From positions 11,658,001 through 11,722,000 of the forward strand of contig NC_087245.1 of NCBI RefSeq assembly GCF_037042905.1: 64,000 bases of DNA. The letters are read 5' to 3'. Positions 12,968-26,952 of this stretch are shown here, one piece after another. Under the pieces are notes generated by a model. The model was given only the letters and a program-made list of their open reading frames with translations, was not told the DNA's origin and did not search any database. This stretch comes from Lytechinus pictus. Taxonomy: Eukaryota. Numbering within the stretch: position 1 is the first letter of the stretch; each line of letters opens with the position of its first letter. The position numbers and the translations under genes were made by a program.

Positions 12968-13976
12968 TTTTTGTCTCGCCTGCATAGCAGAGCGAGACTA
13001 GAGGCACGGCTTTTCCAACGACGCCGTCAACATCAAATCTTAACCAAATGTTAAGTTTTTTAAATGACATCATAACTTAAAAAGTATATGGACCTAATTC
13101 ATGAAACTCGGACATTCCTGACTTTCAGGTCACATAACCAAGGTCAAAGGTCATTTAGGGTCAATGAACTTAGACCATGTTGGGGGAATCAACAACAAAA
13201 TCTTAACCTAAGGTTAAGTTTTCGAAATTTCATCATAAATTAGAAAGTATATGAACCTAGCTCATGATATTTGGACATAAGGGTAATGAAGTATTACCTA
13301 ATATCCTGCCTGAGATTCAGGTCACACGACCAAGGTCAAAGGTCATTTAGGGTCAATGAACTTTGGCCAAGTTGGGGGTATTTGTTGAATTACCAATATG
13401 ACTTTATAAGTTTATGGTTCTAGTTCATAAAACTTTGACGTAAGAGTAATCAAGTATCACTGAACATCCTGTGCTAGTTTCAGGTCACATGACCAAGGTC
13501 AAAGGTCATTTAAGGTCAATTAACTTTAACCATGTTGGGGGTATTTGTTGAATTACCATCATAACTCTGAAAGTTTATGGACCTAGTTCATGAAACTTGG
13601 ACATAAGAGTAATTAATCAAGTATCACTGAACATCGGGGGGGGGGGGGGTTCAGGTCACATGACCAAAGTCAAAGGTCATTTAAGGTCAATGAACTTTGG
13701 CCATGTTGGTGGTAATTGTTGAATTGCGATCATAACATAGAAAGTTTATGAAATGTGGACATAGGGTATAACAAGTATCACTTACAAATCGTAGGTCACA
13801 GGATCAAGGTCAAATGTCATTTAGGGTAATTTGGGTAAAGGAACATACATGTATTATATCAATATATGAATGTTTTTTTTTGTGAATACTTGTTTTATAG
13901 TAGTTTTTAAAGCCAGCACTGCTGCTATATTGAATTGCGTAATACAGGCGAGACTGCCAGAGGCGCTCCTCTTGTT
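12968..13976 (+). mobile_element. HINE-like element, family 2, with ~170-190-bp internal tandem repeats
   Basis: 5' subTIR gtctcgcctgcat followed by gcgagac; 3' caggcgagac, gccagaggc hairpin, cttgtt end; repeats contain ggtcacatgaccaaggtcaaaggtca. Confidence 0.7.
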
Positions 13977-15022
13977 CCTTATTGTTGAAACAAATGTTTC
14001 GAAACGCAGTCTCAAGCACTATATGAATGTGATTATCGTTATTATTATGTTTAAAAAATTTGCTATTGATTGTAAATTTCAGTTGTAGATTTAGAGTTCA
14101 TAGATCAGTGGTGAATATATAGCGAATTACCTGCTAAAATTAAAATGAATTGTAAGACATTAATTCCTAGACCTAGAAATTTGTATTTTGCAATCGATTG
14201 GAATTTTCTTTCAACGAATTGCCCGTTTCTTGCTTTGCGCCCTATTTATGATGGATAATTGAGGGTAATTGATATTTCAAAGAGAGTTACTTACTTGTAG
14301 GCTTACTTGTACTGCCCGATACATGTATTGGCTAGTAACAGATTGATTACTTCTTCAATTTCCATGGCTTAATTTAATAAGTCTGCACAGCAGTGAATTG
14401 TTAAATTCCATCCTCACGTCATCTTTAGCCCACTTCTAGCTTTGTCTGTGGTGATAATAGGTATGAGTAATGACACTGGATTATCTATTCATGAAGAGGC
14501 CTGAGTGGTTGGTGGCAGATAGGGATGTACATAGTACATTCTCTTTCTGTCTTTGCAAGGATATTATTTCCCTGTTTTATGGTACATTGTACACAAAATA
14601 TGATAGGTATATTTTTAGTGGCTGTGTTCAAGCCATGGTTACATTCAAGCAATACATGTATTTTCAATTTGTGAAGAGGCCTGAGTGGTAGATGGCAGAT
14701 AGGGATCTACATGTACACGCACGGATATACATTATTTCTGTTTTATACATATATACATTGTACTATAATGAATATGAAGTCTATTTTTTTTATGTAGACC
14801 TGCGTTCTTACCAAATCTTTTACAATGCAAATTCCAGTTCAGATATGTACATGTAGGCCTACTTTATACACTTGAAGTTGACCTTGACTTCCTGTGCACA
14901 GTAATTACCTAATAACTGGTCACGAAAAAAAGGATATTGATTGAAAATTATTATTAATGCATCCTGCAGTAACTATAGGCACCGCTTTTCTAATGGTGGC
15001 CTCGGTGGCGTCAAAAATTTAA

Positions 15023-15409
15023 GAGAAATGCCAGTCGTGGTAACGATCTCCAAATGACTTTTTACAGAATCAAATATAATGCCCGCCCAAGTGTCTGTTT
15101 GTATGAATAAAAAATATGTGCCAAAGGATTCTGGAAGAAATTGTGAGAAATAATCAAAATAAGCGCGGATTCGGGCACGTCCGTCGGGTCTTTATTCCAG
15201 TAATAATAATGTAAACTGTCCCACGTGTGCCTATCTGTGTTGGCGATCTTCAGTGTGATTGTTTTTCAGCTTAGATTTTATGATTTCACAAAGTTCAGTT
15301 TATGTAACTGTACCAGATCTAGATCCACAATGATGTAGTAATACTTAACCTTGGTTTTACAGACTTTCTCACGAAATCAGTGTTTTACTGCAACTCCTTT
15401 CATTTAGCT
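15023..15409. mobile_element. TTAA-flanked non-autonomous element nested in HINE
   Basis: TTAA at 15019-15022 and 15410-15413; weak TIRs gagaaatgccagt / cctttcatttagct. Confidence 0.5.
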
Positions 15410-15431
15410 TTAACATTAAAATCTTAATTAA

Positions 15432-15809
15432 AGTGATTGGTTAACATTGGTTTGACTTTTCAAAAATCTGAGCTAGAAGGTCACACTTGTCACCTGTGTC
15501 TGTGATATGTTACAAAAATGAAGCCCAGAAAAAAATGCGTTCGAAAATAATTATTTAGTGCTTCAAAAATTTTAATATAAAGTGACCGAAAACACCATCT
15601 TAATTTCATCCCATACACTTATGTGTACTATTTAGGCGTCTATAAGACGCCTATTTACAAAATCGGGGTTTGCCTTGTAGTTTTAGCTTTTCATTCTCAA
15701 TAATGGTTGTTTTCAGGGTTTATTAGTTCTAATACATGCACTTGTACACATGTTTCATCTTGGTTTGAGAATTTTTTAAATTGGCTGCTCACAAAGTTAA
15801 ACAATACCT
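15432..15809. mobile_element. TTAA-flanked non-autonomous element nested in HINE
   Basis: TTAA at 15428-15431 and 15810-15813; TIR-like agtgattggttaacatt / aaagttaaacaatacct; HINE sequence atcttaa|ccaaggttaag resumes after it. Confidence 0.6.
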
Positions 15810-16384
15810 TTAACCAAGGTTAAGTTTTTAAATGTCATAATAATTTAAGAAGTATATGGACCCAGTTGATGAAACTTGGACATAAATCTAATAAAGTATT
15901 ACTGAACATCCTGCTGGAGTTTCAGGTCACATGGCTTTGGTCAAAGGTCATTTAGGGTCAATGAACTTGGACTTTGTTGGGGGAATCAACATCAAAATCT
16001 TAACCAAGGTTAAGTTTTTAAATGTCGTCATAACTTTAAAATTTTATGAATCTCATTCATGAAACCTGGACATAGGAGAAAGAAAGTATCACCAAACATC
16101 CTGTGCGAGTTTCAGGCCACATGACCAAGGTCAAAGGTCATATAAGGTCAATGAACTTTGCCCATGTTGGGGGAATTTTTTTAATTGCCATCATAACTTT
16201 GAAAGTTTATGGATCTAGATAATGAAACTTGGACATAAGCGTGATGGTTTAGCACTGAACATTCTCTCTGAGTGTCAAGTCACATGACCAAGGTCAAAGT
16301 CATCTAAGGTCAACAAAATTTGGCCAAATGTTGGGGTATTTGTTGAATTGCCATCATTCTGTAAAAGTTTATGGATCTAGTTAA

Positions 16385-16983
16385 AGGTCAAGTCCACTCC
16401 AGAAAAATGTTGATTTGAATAAAAAGAGAAAAATCAAACTAGCATAATGCTGAAAATTTCGTCAAAATAGGATGTAAAGTAAGAAAGTTATGGCATTTTA
16501 CAATTTCGCTTATTTTTCACAAAACAGTGATATTCACAACTCAGTGACTCAGTGCAAATGAGTCAATCTATGATGTCCATCACTCACTATTTCTTTTGTT
16601 TTTTATTGTTTGAATTATACAATTTTTCATATTTTACAAATTTGACAATAAGAACCAACTTGACTGAACCATATAGTATTAAACATTGCTAATTCCACGT
16701 GTTCAGGGAGGAATTAATCGTTATTTCACTTGATAATGAGGAGAAAATTAGAATAGTTCATATAATAGAATACAAAAGAAATAGTGAGTGGATGACGTCA
16801 TCAGTCTTCTAATTTGCATACCGACCAGGATGTGCATATAACTGTTTTGTGAAATTAAGCGAAACTTTAAAATGCCATAACTTTCTTATTTTACATCCGA
16901 TTTTGATTAAATTTTCAGTGTTATGCTTGTTGGATTTTTCTCTTTTTATTCAAAGCAACTTTTTGTTGAGGTGGACTTGTCCT
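16385..16983. mobile_element. TTAA-target non-autonomous DNA transposon (Kolobok/piggyBac-type)
   Basis: TIR aggtcaagtccac / gtggacttgtcct with long subterminal inverted regions; TTAA TSD 16381-16384 and 16984-16987; inverted copy at 41125-41704. Confidence 0.8.
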
Positions 16984-19900
16984 TTAATGACACTGATATA
17001 AGAGCAATCAAGTATCAGCAAACATCCTGTGCAAGTTTCAGCTCACTTGACCAAGGTCAAAGGTCATTTAGGGTCAACAAACTTTGGCCATGTTGGAGGA
17101 AATAAAATTGCCATCATATTCATAACTTGAAAGTTTATGCACTGTACTGTAGATCTACATGTAGTTCATGAAACTTAATAGACATATAAAGAGTAATTAT
17201 GTATCATTGAAAATCTTGCATGAGATTCAGGTCACATGATCATGGTCAAGGTCATTTAGGGTCAATGAATGTATTTTATTATATGAATTGTGTTTTTATT
17301 TTTAAGATAAAATAGTTGTTTTTCAAAGTCAGCACTGCTGCTATATTGAATGGTGTAATGCAGGCAAGACTGCCAGAGGCGGTCCACTTGTTTATAAATT
17401 GCATTTTGATTTCTATGCCTACAATCACCATACATGTATGTTTTCACCAATGTCTGTCCCTCTGTCTGTTGTCCCTCTGATTGTATTTTTGTCTGGCAAA
17501 CTATGAACTACAGTTATATTAGAATCAAGTGTATACAATGTATTTACACTTTTATTGACCAACAATCATATGAATTAATGAATGAGTACTCAACCAAAGA
17601 AAAATGAATGCTTTTTTACATCCTCACCAATGATGTGCGAAAAATTGTGGTTCAAACTACATGTACTTGCTAAGTTTTTAACTAATTTTCATGAAATTTG
17701 GCACAGACAATGGTCTTGAGATACATGTACGTGTCTGTGCAAGATATTTGCATGTGTTGTTGGAAATTGTATTTTCATGGTAAGAGCATATTATGGCAAT
17801 GTTTACCTCACAAAGGGCACATTTCATGTTGAAAAGGGGCTTTTTTCCTATGGAAAATCTTTAGGGGGCAAGAACCCCTTGCCCCATTTCGTCCCGCTGC
17901 CTCCACAGAAAGGAAACCATGCTTTAATACTACAATAACCTTTTTTAACAGACTGAAAACTTAAAAATAAACTGGAAAAGAAACCGGGCGTTTATCAGTT
18001 GTACATGTAAGTAAATGAGGGCATTTTCAAATGGGCATGGGGCACAGCCACACTTGATCAGAGGTGAAAATGGGCTCACTGCAGAACAACAGTAGTGTTG
18101 TATCCCCTTTGGCATTTTTGTACAGGGAAATTCTAAACCGCTCAAACTGAAATTACAAGCAAGTACATCTAGCTCTTGCAATATTTTATCTGATTCTTAG
18201 TTTTGTGTAAAATATTTTAAGATACCAATGTCAAGCGATTGTCTTGATCTTTCCAACCATGTATTTTTTCTAGCAATGAAAATGTTGTGATGCTGGGAAC
18301 AAAGTGTGGAAATTATAGTAAACGTTGAAATCGATTTTCTCTTAAATGGGTGTGCACTGTCGTATGTGGGATACGACGCTGACGATATTGATACCTGCTA
18401 ACTGGCTAATGAGTAAGACAATGATAAAAAAAGCATATACATTGTTACTAGAAAAGAAAAGATAGACAAACACACACACCATATCTGAAAGAAGTACATG
18501 TATGTTTGTAGATTATGAACATCTTTTAAATGATAAAAATTTATTCTCACCAGGAGAGAAATTTAAATGGCAAGAACCAATATTTATTTGAGAATGAGAT
18601 ATCATTAAATGCGGGAGCCTCGCTTTTAAAGTTTCACCTCACATTTTCATCATTTGAATATGGTCTTATCCCCTGTAATTGCCATATTCTCTCAAATTGG
18701 TATATTTGAAGTATAATATAACTTGTTTATTCATGATATTTTTATAATAACTGAAAACTATTCACATGCATTTCCACCTCACTTCATTGCAAGATTGAGA
18801 TATCTCTGCACATGTAATATTATGTCCCATTGTATCTTCAGTTTCATTCCAACATAATTGCAACTCTCTATTTAAAGCCATGAGTCACAATTATTTACAA
18901 GCGTTTGAGCCTTGTGTCCTTACTTGCTGTATAGGCCCATAATATTTCATACATATTACATGTAGAGGTCTGATGACCTGTACTTGACCTGCAAAGAAGG
19001 AAAGGTCATAATTTGGTTGAGGAGAAAGGGAGTGTGGCAGATCCATCAAATTGAAATATAGAAGCTCAGAAATTTAAAGAGATCGTACAAAGGGTTACAA
19101 TTTTTCTGATTATCAGCTCACCTTGAATTCTTCATTTTAGATCAGTTTAGCTGAAACATTCAGGATCTGAAGTGGTGTTTGTTTCTGTTTTTTGAGGGGG
19201 GTGTTCTGTTTGTTTGTTGTTTTTTTTCTCAAAAAGATGCTTTGCCCCCCATTCTTGTCTTTAGTATCATACTCATACATGTAGTACATTTGTGCATGTA
19301 TGTATTGGCACTGACAGCCAGATAAGGACTTACGGTATCATTTGTCTTGATTATGTATGACACATTCCTGCTCTTGATTTCATTATGATCATACACAGGA
19401 CTAGCTGCATTTCTCTTGATAACACTTGGCTATTTCCGATGTAAATCAAGATTTTGTGAAGCAATTTGTCAACACTTTTACCTGATGAAGAATGCAATTG
19501 ATGAAGAATACTACTGATGAAGAATGCTTAAAATCCTTAAATCCTTGCATCTGATAATCTGATTGATTGGGAGCAAATCTTTGGGGTAAAAATCAGTAAA
19601 TCACTGACAAGACATTTCCATGAAAAAATCGCGTCCTGGCTTGATCTGCCAAGTAATGTATATATTTTGTATACACTTTGCATTTTACCCACTCAATTTT
19701 TGCCAATTCAGTAGAATATAAATACTAAAATCTGAAATATGCATTCCAGACAATCCAGACATGCATGGCTGGCTTTGTTGATAATATACAAAAGTGCAAT
19801 ATACATGTATGTTCATTGTAGTTTGGTTCTTGATGAATTTGAAAGCAGGTGAGCTCTTATTTACCTATTTTTAGAGTGGATTAGTGCTGAACTGTCACAA

Positions 19901-20139
19901 CAATAGGAATTTTCCTAATTGACTATATTTATCAGTTCTTTTTTTTTTTTGGGGGGGGGGGGAGTGGGAGATGACCTTTAAAAATATTGTTAGTGTGCCA
20001 TTCGTGTTTAGAACTGAAGACACCATTTACAATGAAAGGGGCAGGGTGAACTTCTGGGTCAGTGCTGATTGTGGGTCAGATTTTAGATTTGCTTTAGGCT
20101 TTCTCTAATCTTAAATCAAGATGAAAGAGGTACACAGTA

Positions 20140-20625
20140 GTTGAGTGACTCGGGGGGGGGGGGGGGGGGGCACGCACATATATTGGTGGTACAGGGACGT
20201 GCCGCTTTGATGAACCCCTTTTTCAGACCTAATTTTCAGTTCTCTAGATAGTCAGAATGACAAAAGTTCAGTTCAGAAGCCGCCCAGCCCCGCTCACAAA
20301 ATTGTCAAGCGCGAGCACTGCATGCGAGAGATGAACGGACGGCTTCGCAACTCCCTACATATAACTAGTAGCCGCTCCTCCATGCATGGCTAGCGCATGC
20401 ACAGAGCTATGGTGCAACGTATCTACAGTGCCGCGATGCCGTTCCGTAGACATTGTTTTTACTTTTAGTCAGTTCCTTAAGACCCCCATCTCAGAGTTTC
20501 GTGAGGCACATATATATTTAGTTCCCTAGACCCCGTACTTAACCCTTTTTATAGTCAGTTCCTTAGACCCCCATTTCAGAGTTTCATGAGGCACACCCCC
20601 ATAAAAAAATAATTTGAGTGACCCT
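20140..20625. repeat. Poly-G-headed interspersed repeat with internal direct repeat
   Basis: tgagtgactcg(g)n...tgagtgaccc; internal duplicate agtcagttcctta.gacccccat.tcagagtttc.tgaggcaca at ~20466 and ~20552; CpG-rich relative to flanks. Confidence 0.45.
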
Positions 20626-21308
20626 CAAATTATGAATTTTTCATTAATTATGAATTTCTCATGAATTTCTAGTCTTAGAGACAAATCATGAAATAGTACT
20701 TTGTAAAAAAAAGGCTGTATACAGAATAAATCATGATAAGATTTGTAGTTTTTTTTAGATTGAGTGTACACTAGATATAGCACCCACTTGAGATTACAAT
20801 GAACAATACTCATCTTTGCTTTTCGAAACTGGAGACTTTGTCTTATTGTTTCTGTTCATGTAGCCTACATGTATACTGTACGATATTTTGTGAATAGAAA
20901 ACGTTCCGAGGTGAAAATGAATTGTATGTCCAATATCGTCCAGAAGGAAGTACCTGTTATTAGGAGGTATTATTCATAATTTTAAGAACTTTTGCAGGGG
21001 GTTTTCTTAATAGGTCAAGAGTATTCTTGCAATCTGTAATAATAGTAGTGTACATTGGGTGTAGGTGACATAGGATACTTGTGTTGCTTTCTTACATGTA
21101 GCTATGTTGTAAGCGTGTGCCTCATCTGCTACCCAGACTGCCCAGTTTCATAACCTCAAGATCTTAGCACCCTGAAAGGGTCTTGCTCCGGTGTGTATGA
21201 TGCAGGAAATACATTTTTGTATTTTGAGATCTGAAAAAGTTCTTTTGAATTTACAGGTATTTGGTGATAGAGTGGGTGAGTAAGAATTAAACTCCATATA
21301 CCTAATAG

Positions 21309-22580
<1,272 letters not shown>

Positions 22581-23451
22581 TAGTCAGTCAAGGGGACATC
22601 TGTGGCCATGACCTTTGATGGCCTGGGATTAATCAAAGGCATGTTACCCATCTCTGTTATTGAACATGTAAAACGGAAATGTTGGAATGTGAAATTTCAA
22701 AGGGCACTCCTATCTGAAAGGGATATGATTTGAGCAGAAAGAGTAATATCAGACAAACAACACACTGAAAATTTCATCAAAATTGGACAAGGAGTATTGA
22801 CATCTTAAAGTTTGTATTATTTTGCTGGAATAGATTTGTGCATATCTTCATGAATATGCAATGGACAAGCTGATGATGTAATTTCCCCACTTATTATTTT
22901 TTTTATCATATGTAATAAAAATTTATTCAATTGGTGTCCTCCAAGAATGAAATATCAGGATTGACTGCTGATATTAATAAAGTTTAGGATAATCATTGCT
23001 GCAATTTATCTATTTTGTTTTTGTTAGAATGGAGATATAACATACACATGAAAATACTAGTATGAAATAATAATGATTTCATGTCATAGCATCAAAAGGA
23101 AAGTGGGGACATGACATCTGTTGCATATTCGTGACTGCATGCATACATGTATCATGTTTTTCACAAATATTCCGAAACTTTAGAATTTAAAAACTTTGGA
23201 TTTTGATGAATTTTCAGAAATTTGGTATCTCTAAATAGCACAAGAACAATAGTCATTAATATAGTTACACGTAAATTAACAGCTTCATAAAATGGTTCCA
23301 TGACATTTGCTCCGGTGACAAAGCTCCGCTGTAAATTGCACACACCAAAGGAAATGACCAAATTCAACCCTGGATTTAACACTATGCCCTGTCCTAAACC
23401 TAGCATAAAACCCTATTGCAACCCCTAACCCTATATAAAATAGACAAGATT

Positions 23452-24275
23452 GGGGCTGCGTTTATGCGACCTCAAGCCAGAATCATGATTTGAATCATGA
23501 TTTGAATCATGATTCAAAACACGAACATGAATCACAATATCACAGAATCAGCGTTTAGACGACCTTCATTCCAATGCTGTTTCTCCTCAGATTCGGGCCA
23601 ATCCAGTGCGCATCACTAGTGCGCAGTTTGACAGAGGAAGTTTTTCGCACGTGTTTCGGCTCTCGAAAATTCTTTTGCTTCCAGAATTCAGTCTATACCT
23701 CATTTTGTTTACTTCTATCATATAGGGTCCATATGATTCTATTCATCTTGTTAGTTTATCCAAAATGGTGTTCGGAAGTGAATTTCAGCGTAGATCCAAT
23801 TTAATATTGATACTGTATACTCAACAACAACTGAGATCATTGTCTGTCCAGTTAATTCATTTACTAGAACTTGAAGTTGAAGACATGACCAAAAATTGAA
23901 AAGAAGTGGACGATGCAATGACCCACACAGAACTTGAACATGGCAAGAAATGCATGCATAGTACATAATCATGTACATACAATGAGCATATAGAGCGCCT
24001 TGAGCTTGGCAAGAGTCAAACCGAAAGTAGCCCGACACAACAGTGAGGTCATAGAATCATGATTGTAATCACTATATCGTTTATTCGAAGATTTTCGTAC
24101 GTGATTCTGCAGAAACGTCTTTCCAAACGCCCCTTTTTTCGTGTTTCATGTTTGTGATTCTAATCATGATTATATTCAATTTCGACTAAACGCAATCGTG
24201 ATTCTGCAGAATCATGATTTGAATCGTGATTCAGATCATGATTCTAGGGTAAAAAAGTGGCGGATAAACGCACCC
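23452..24275. mobile_element. MITE nested in a shorter MITE (host ~23295-24318); related copy starts 63472 and runs off the window
   Basis: TIR ggg.tgcgtttat / ataaacgcaccc with gaatcatgatt subterminal repeats; host termini ggttccatgacatttgctccgg / ccggagcagatgt. Confidence 0.65.
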
Positions 24276-24674
24276 AAAGTCCGGAGCAATTGTCGCCGGA
24301 GCAGATGTTATATCACCCATGAAACAGCCCCTGGAATAGTTAGAGTATAGTATCATCATGGCATTACATTTGTGCTTGATGATACATTGTATGTTGTACT
24401 TGCTAGACCTGCCAAACTGCATTGTTGGGTATCAACAAAGTAATTTTGTGGTTTTCAGATTTGTGGTTGGTAAAGGTATCTCAAAATAGACTTGGTGATT
24501 GTATCAGCCAGCCAAGGCAAAGAAAAAACATATGTGGGTGTAAAATACATATAATGAGATAGGTTTACCTAATATTGATATTTACGATTGATTGTGTCTG
24601 TTGTACATTGTTTTCCAGGTTTTGTCTTAGATTAATACAGTTATGCTTGATTAAAACATTGATTTAATCTTTAA

Positions 24675-25025
<351 letters not shown>

Positions 25026-26259
25026 TAACACTTATTCCATTATACTTACTCTTACTTGCACTTTAGGTTTATTCAATATTGACACAAAAGGGAATTTATT
25101 GAAATAATTATGTGTTATGCCAAATGCTGTATTTGACAATAATTCAATGAAGTGTTTGAAAAAATACCTATAAAATATATGTTTTATGGTTTTATCTAAT
25201 TAATATTTTTACCCAACAAACATAAACACTTCCGCCATACCCAATATTGGATACATTTTTACTCCAAGAAAACTTGCAAATTTAAAACCAGTGGCAAGAC
25301 TTATAATTGATCTGTTAACCTTAAATTGACTTAAAATTCATCACTAGTTTCTTGTATCAGCTGTCTAGATCCATTACTTGCTGATTTTCTAGACAGGGAA
25401 TGAACCTTCGACTGATCCAGAAAACCACCTCTTGTAGTCTTGTATGTTTAAATTTTCCATCTGGATCACTGTACACTGTTCATTCCCAGAGTGTGGACAG
25501 CAAAATAATTTTGGAAAAATACATAGATATAATGAAAAGATGATAGATGGTATAAATAAATCACTTTACAAGGTTAAGCAGAGTAATACGGCAGTGATTA
25601 CTAAGTGCAAGCAAAACAGTTCTGCTTCTAGTAATTTACTGTAACAAGGCAGAGAGAGAGTTGTTTTGTTCTTCAATATATAGTCAGAAAGGGTTCTCAG
25701 TTTTTAGCTTGAAGTGTTCTTTTAGGGGTTGTTCTCTGGATTAGCAGCATGCAGGCTCTGACTGGGACTTGTGTATTAAAAGAGCCTCAAAACATCAAGT
25801 TGCATTTTGCTAGACATGCCACAGACACACTTTTGTTCAAGTGTCAATCGGGATTTGCTTCTTGCAGATAAGTCTCAGTCTTTGTTGTCCTTTGTCTGGC
25901 ACTTTTGATCACAAGGTGGCGCTGTTTAATATTGTCCACTGGCTGGAATGAGTGTACATGCAATTTAACCTAAATAACAACCTGCTCTTACTGCTCTTAT
26001 TTTTGTACATTGTGCCTTTTTTTTATACATGTACCGTACCCATGTTCATATTGAGTAATGGATTATATATTTGTCATTGTATGTTTACAAATTATTTCTA
26101 GATGTATTGTCTGAGTTGAATTTTAGTTTGATTATTCCAGTATACTGCTGAAAACTCATGAATGTGAATTGAGAACTTGTTATCATCAGCAACAAATTTG
26201 AATCTTTTTGAAATTGTATTTTCTTTGTCACTATAAACTCATCTGCAGATTTAGGATAT

Positions 26260-26580
26260 AATAATAATAATAACAATGATAATAGTAATGAAACTAATAT
26301 ATGATATAGTAATAATAATGATGATGATGATGATGATGATAATGATAATAATATTTCCTTAGGGTAGCCACTTCAGTTCCTAAAACTGGTCTCCCAGCGG
26401 GCCCTGCTTTTATTATTATTACCCGTTTTAGCTTGACTACCTATGTGCTGAAGCATTCAAGGAATTTCTTTCTACCGAGTTCCCATTTCATCTGGGTTGA
26501 GAGCAGCACAATATGGGTACATTACTTGCTGAAGGAAAACATGCCATGGATAGCAATCTATCCCATGTCCCTCAGATTTT
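26260..26580 (-). mobile_element. Decayed SINE with (aat)/(gat) microsatellite tail
   Basis: Microsatellite 26260-26353 abuts agggtagcc...ggtctcccagcgggccctg, a tail motif also at ~54055-54102 next to (ttta)n, consistent with a shared LINE/SINE 3' end. Confidence 0.5.
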
Positions 26581-26854
26581 TTTATAATTAAGGGTAATAT
26601 CAGAGGAATGGTGAAAAAGAAAATAACTCCTGAAAACAAAGGTGAAAAGTAAACTATTGTATTAGGGGTGCTGCATCTGCTTCATTGCTACCAGTTAATA
26701 GAACTCGAACCTTTCTTTTTCCAGACTACCCCACCTTCCACTTTTTGTCAAGTGTTTTGAAGAAATCTTGATCCCATTAAATTTTTGGGAAAGCTTTTCA
26801 AAGTAGACAGGATTGATTTGATTATTGATTTTTCACTTTTGTTTGACTCCACAG

Positions 26855-26952
26855 AGGATCCCCTTGTCGGAAGTATAGCTACACAGTATCTGTCGAACCG
26901 TACTGAACATGACAGGTTAGCCAAGCAATGGGTACAGAGGTTTGCAACATGA
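26855..26952 (+). CDS. UBE2E: UBE2E terminal coding exon (absent from the ORF track)
   Basis: ccacag| acceptor; encodes (E)[35 protein letters not shown] (TGA 26950-26952), matching the UBE2E C-terminus. Confidence 0.93.

Larger units (their letters stand above)
14963..17392 (+). mobile_element. HINE family 2 copy interrupted by three TTAA-type insertions
   Basis: actataggcaccgcttttc 5' module, same tandem units, 3' atgcaggcaagactgccagaggcggtccacttgtt. Confidence 0.7.
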
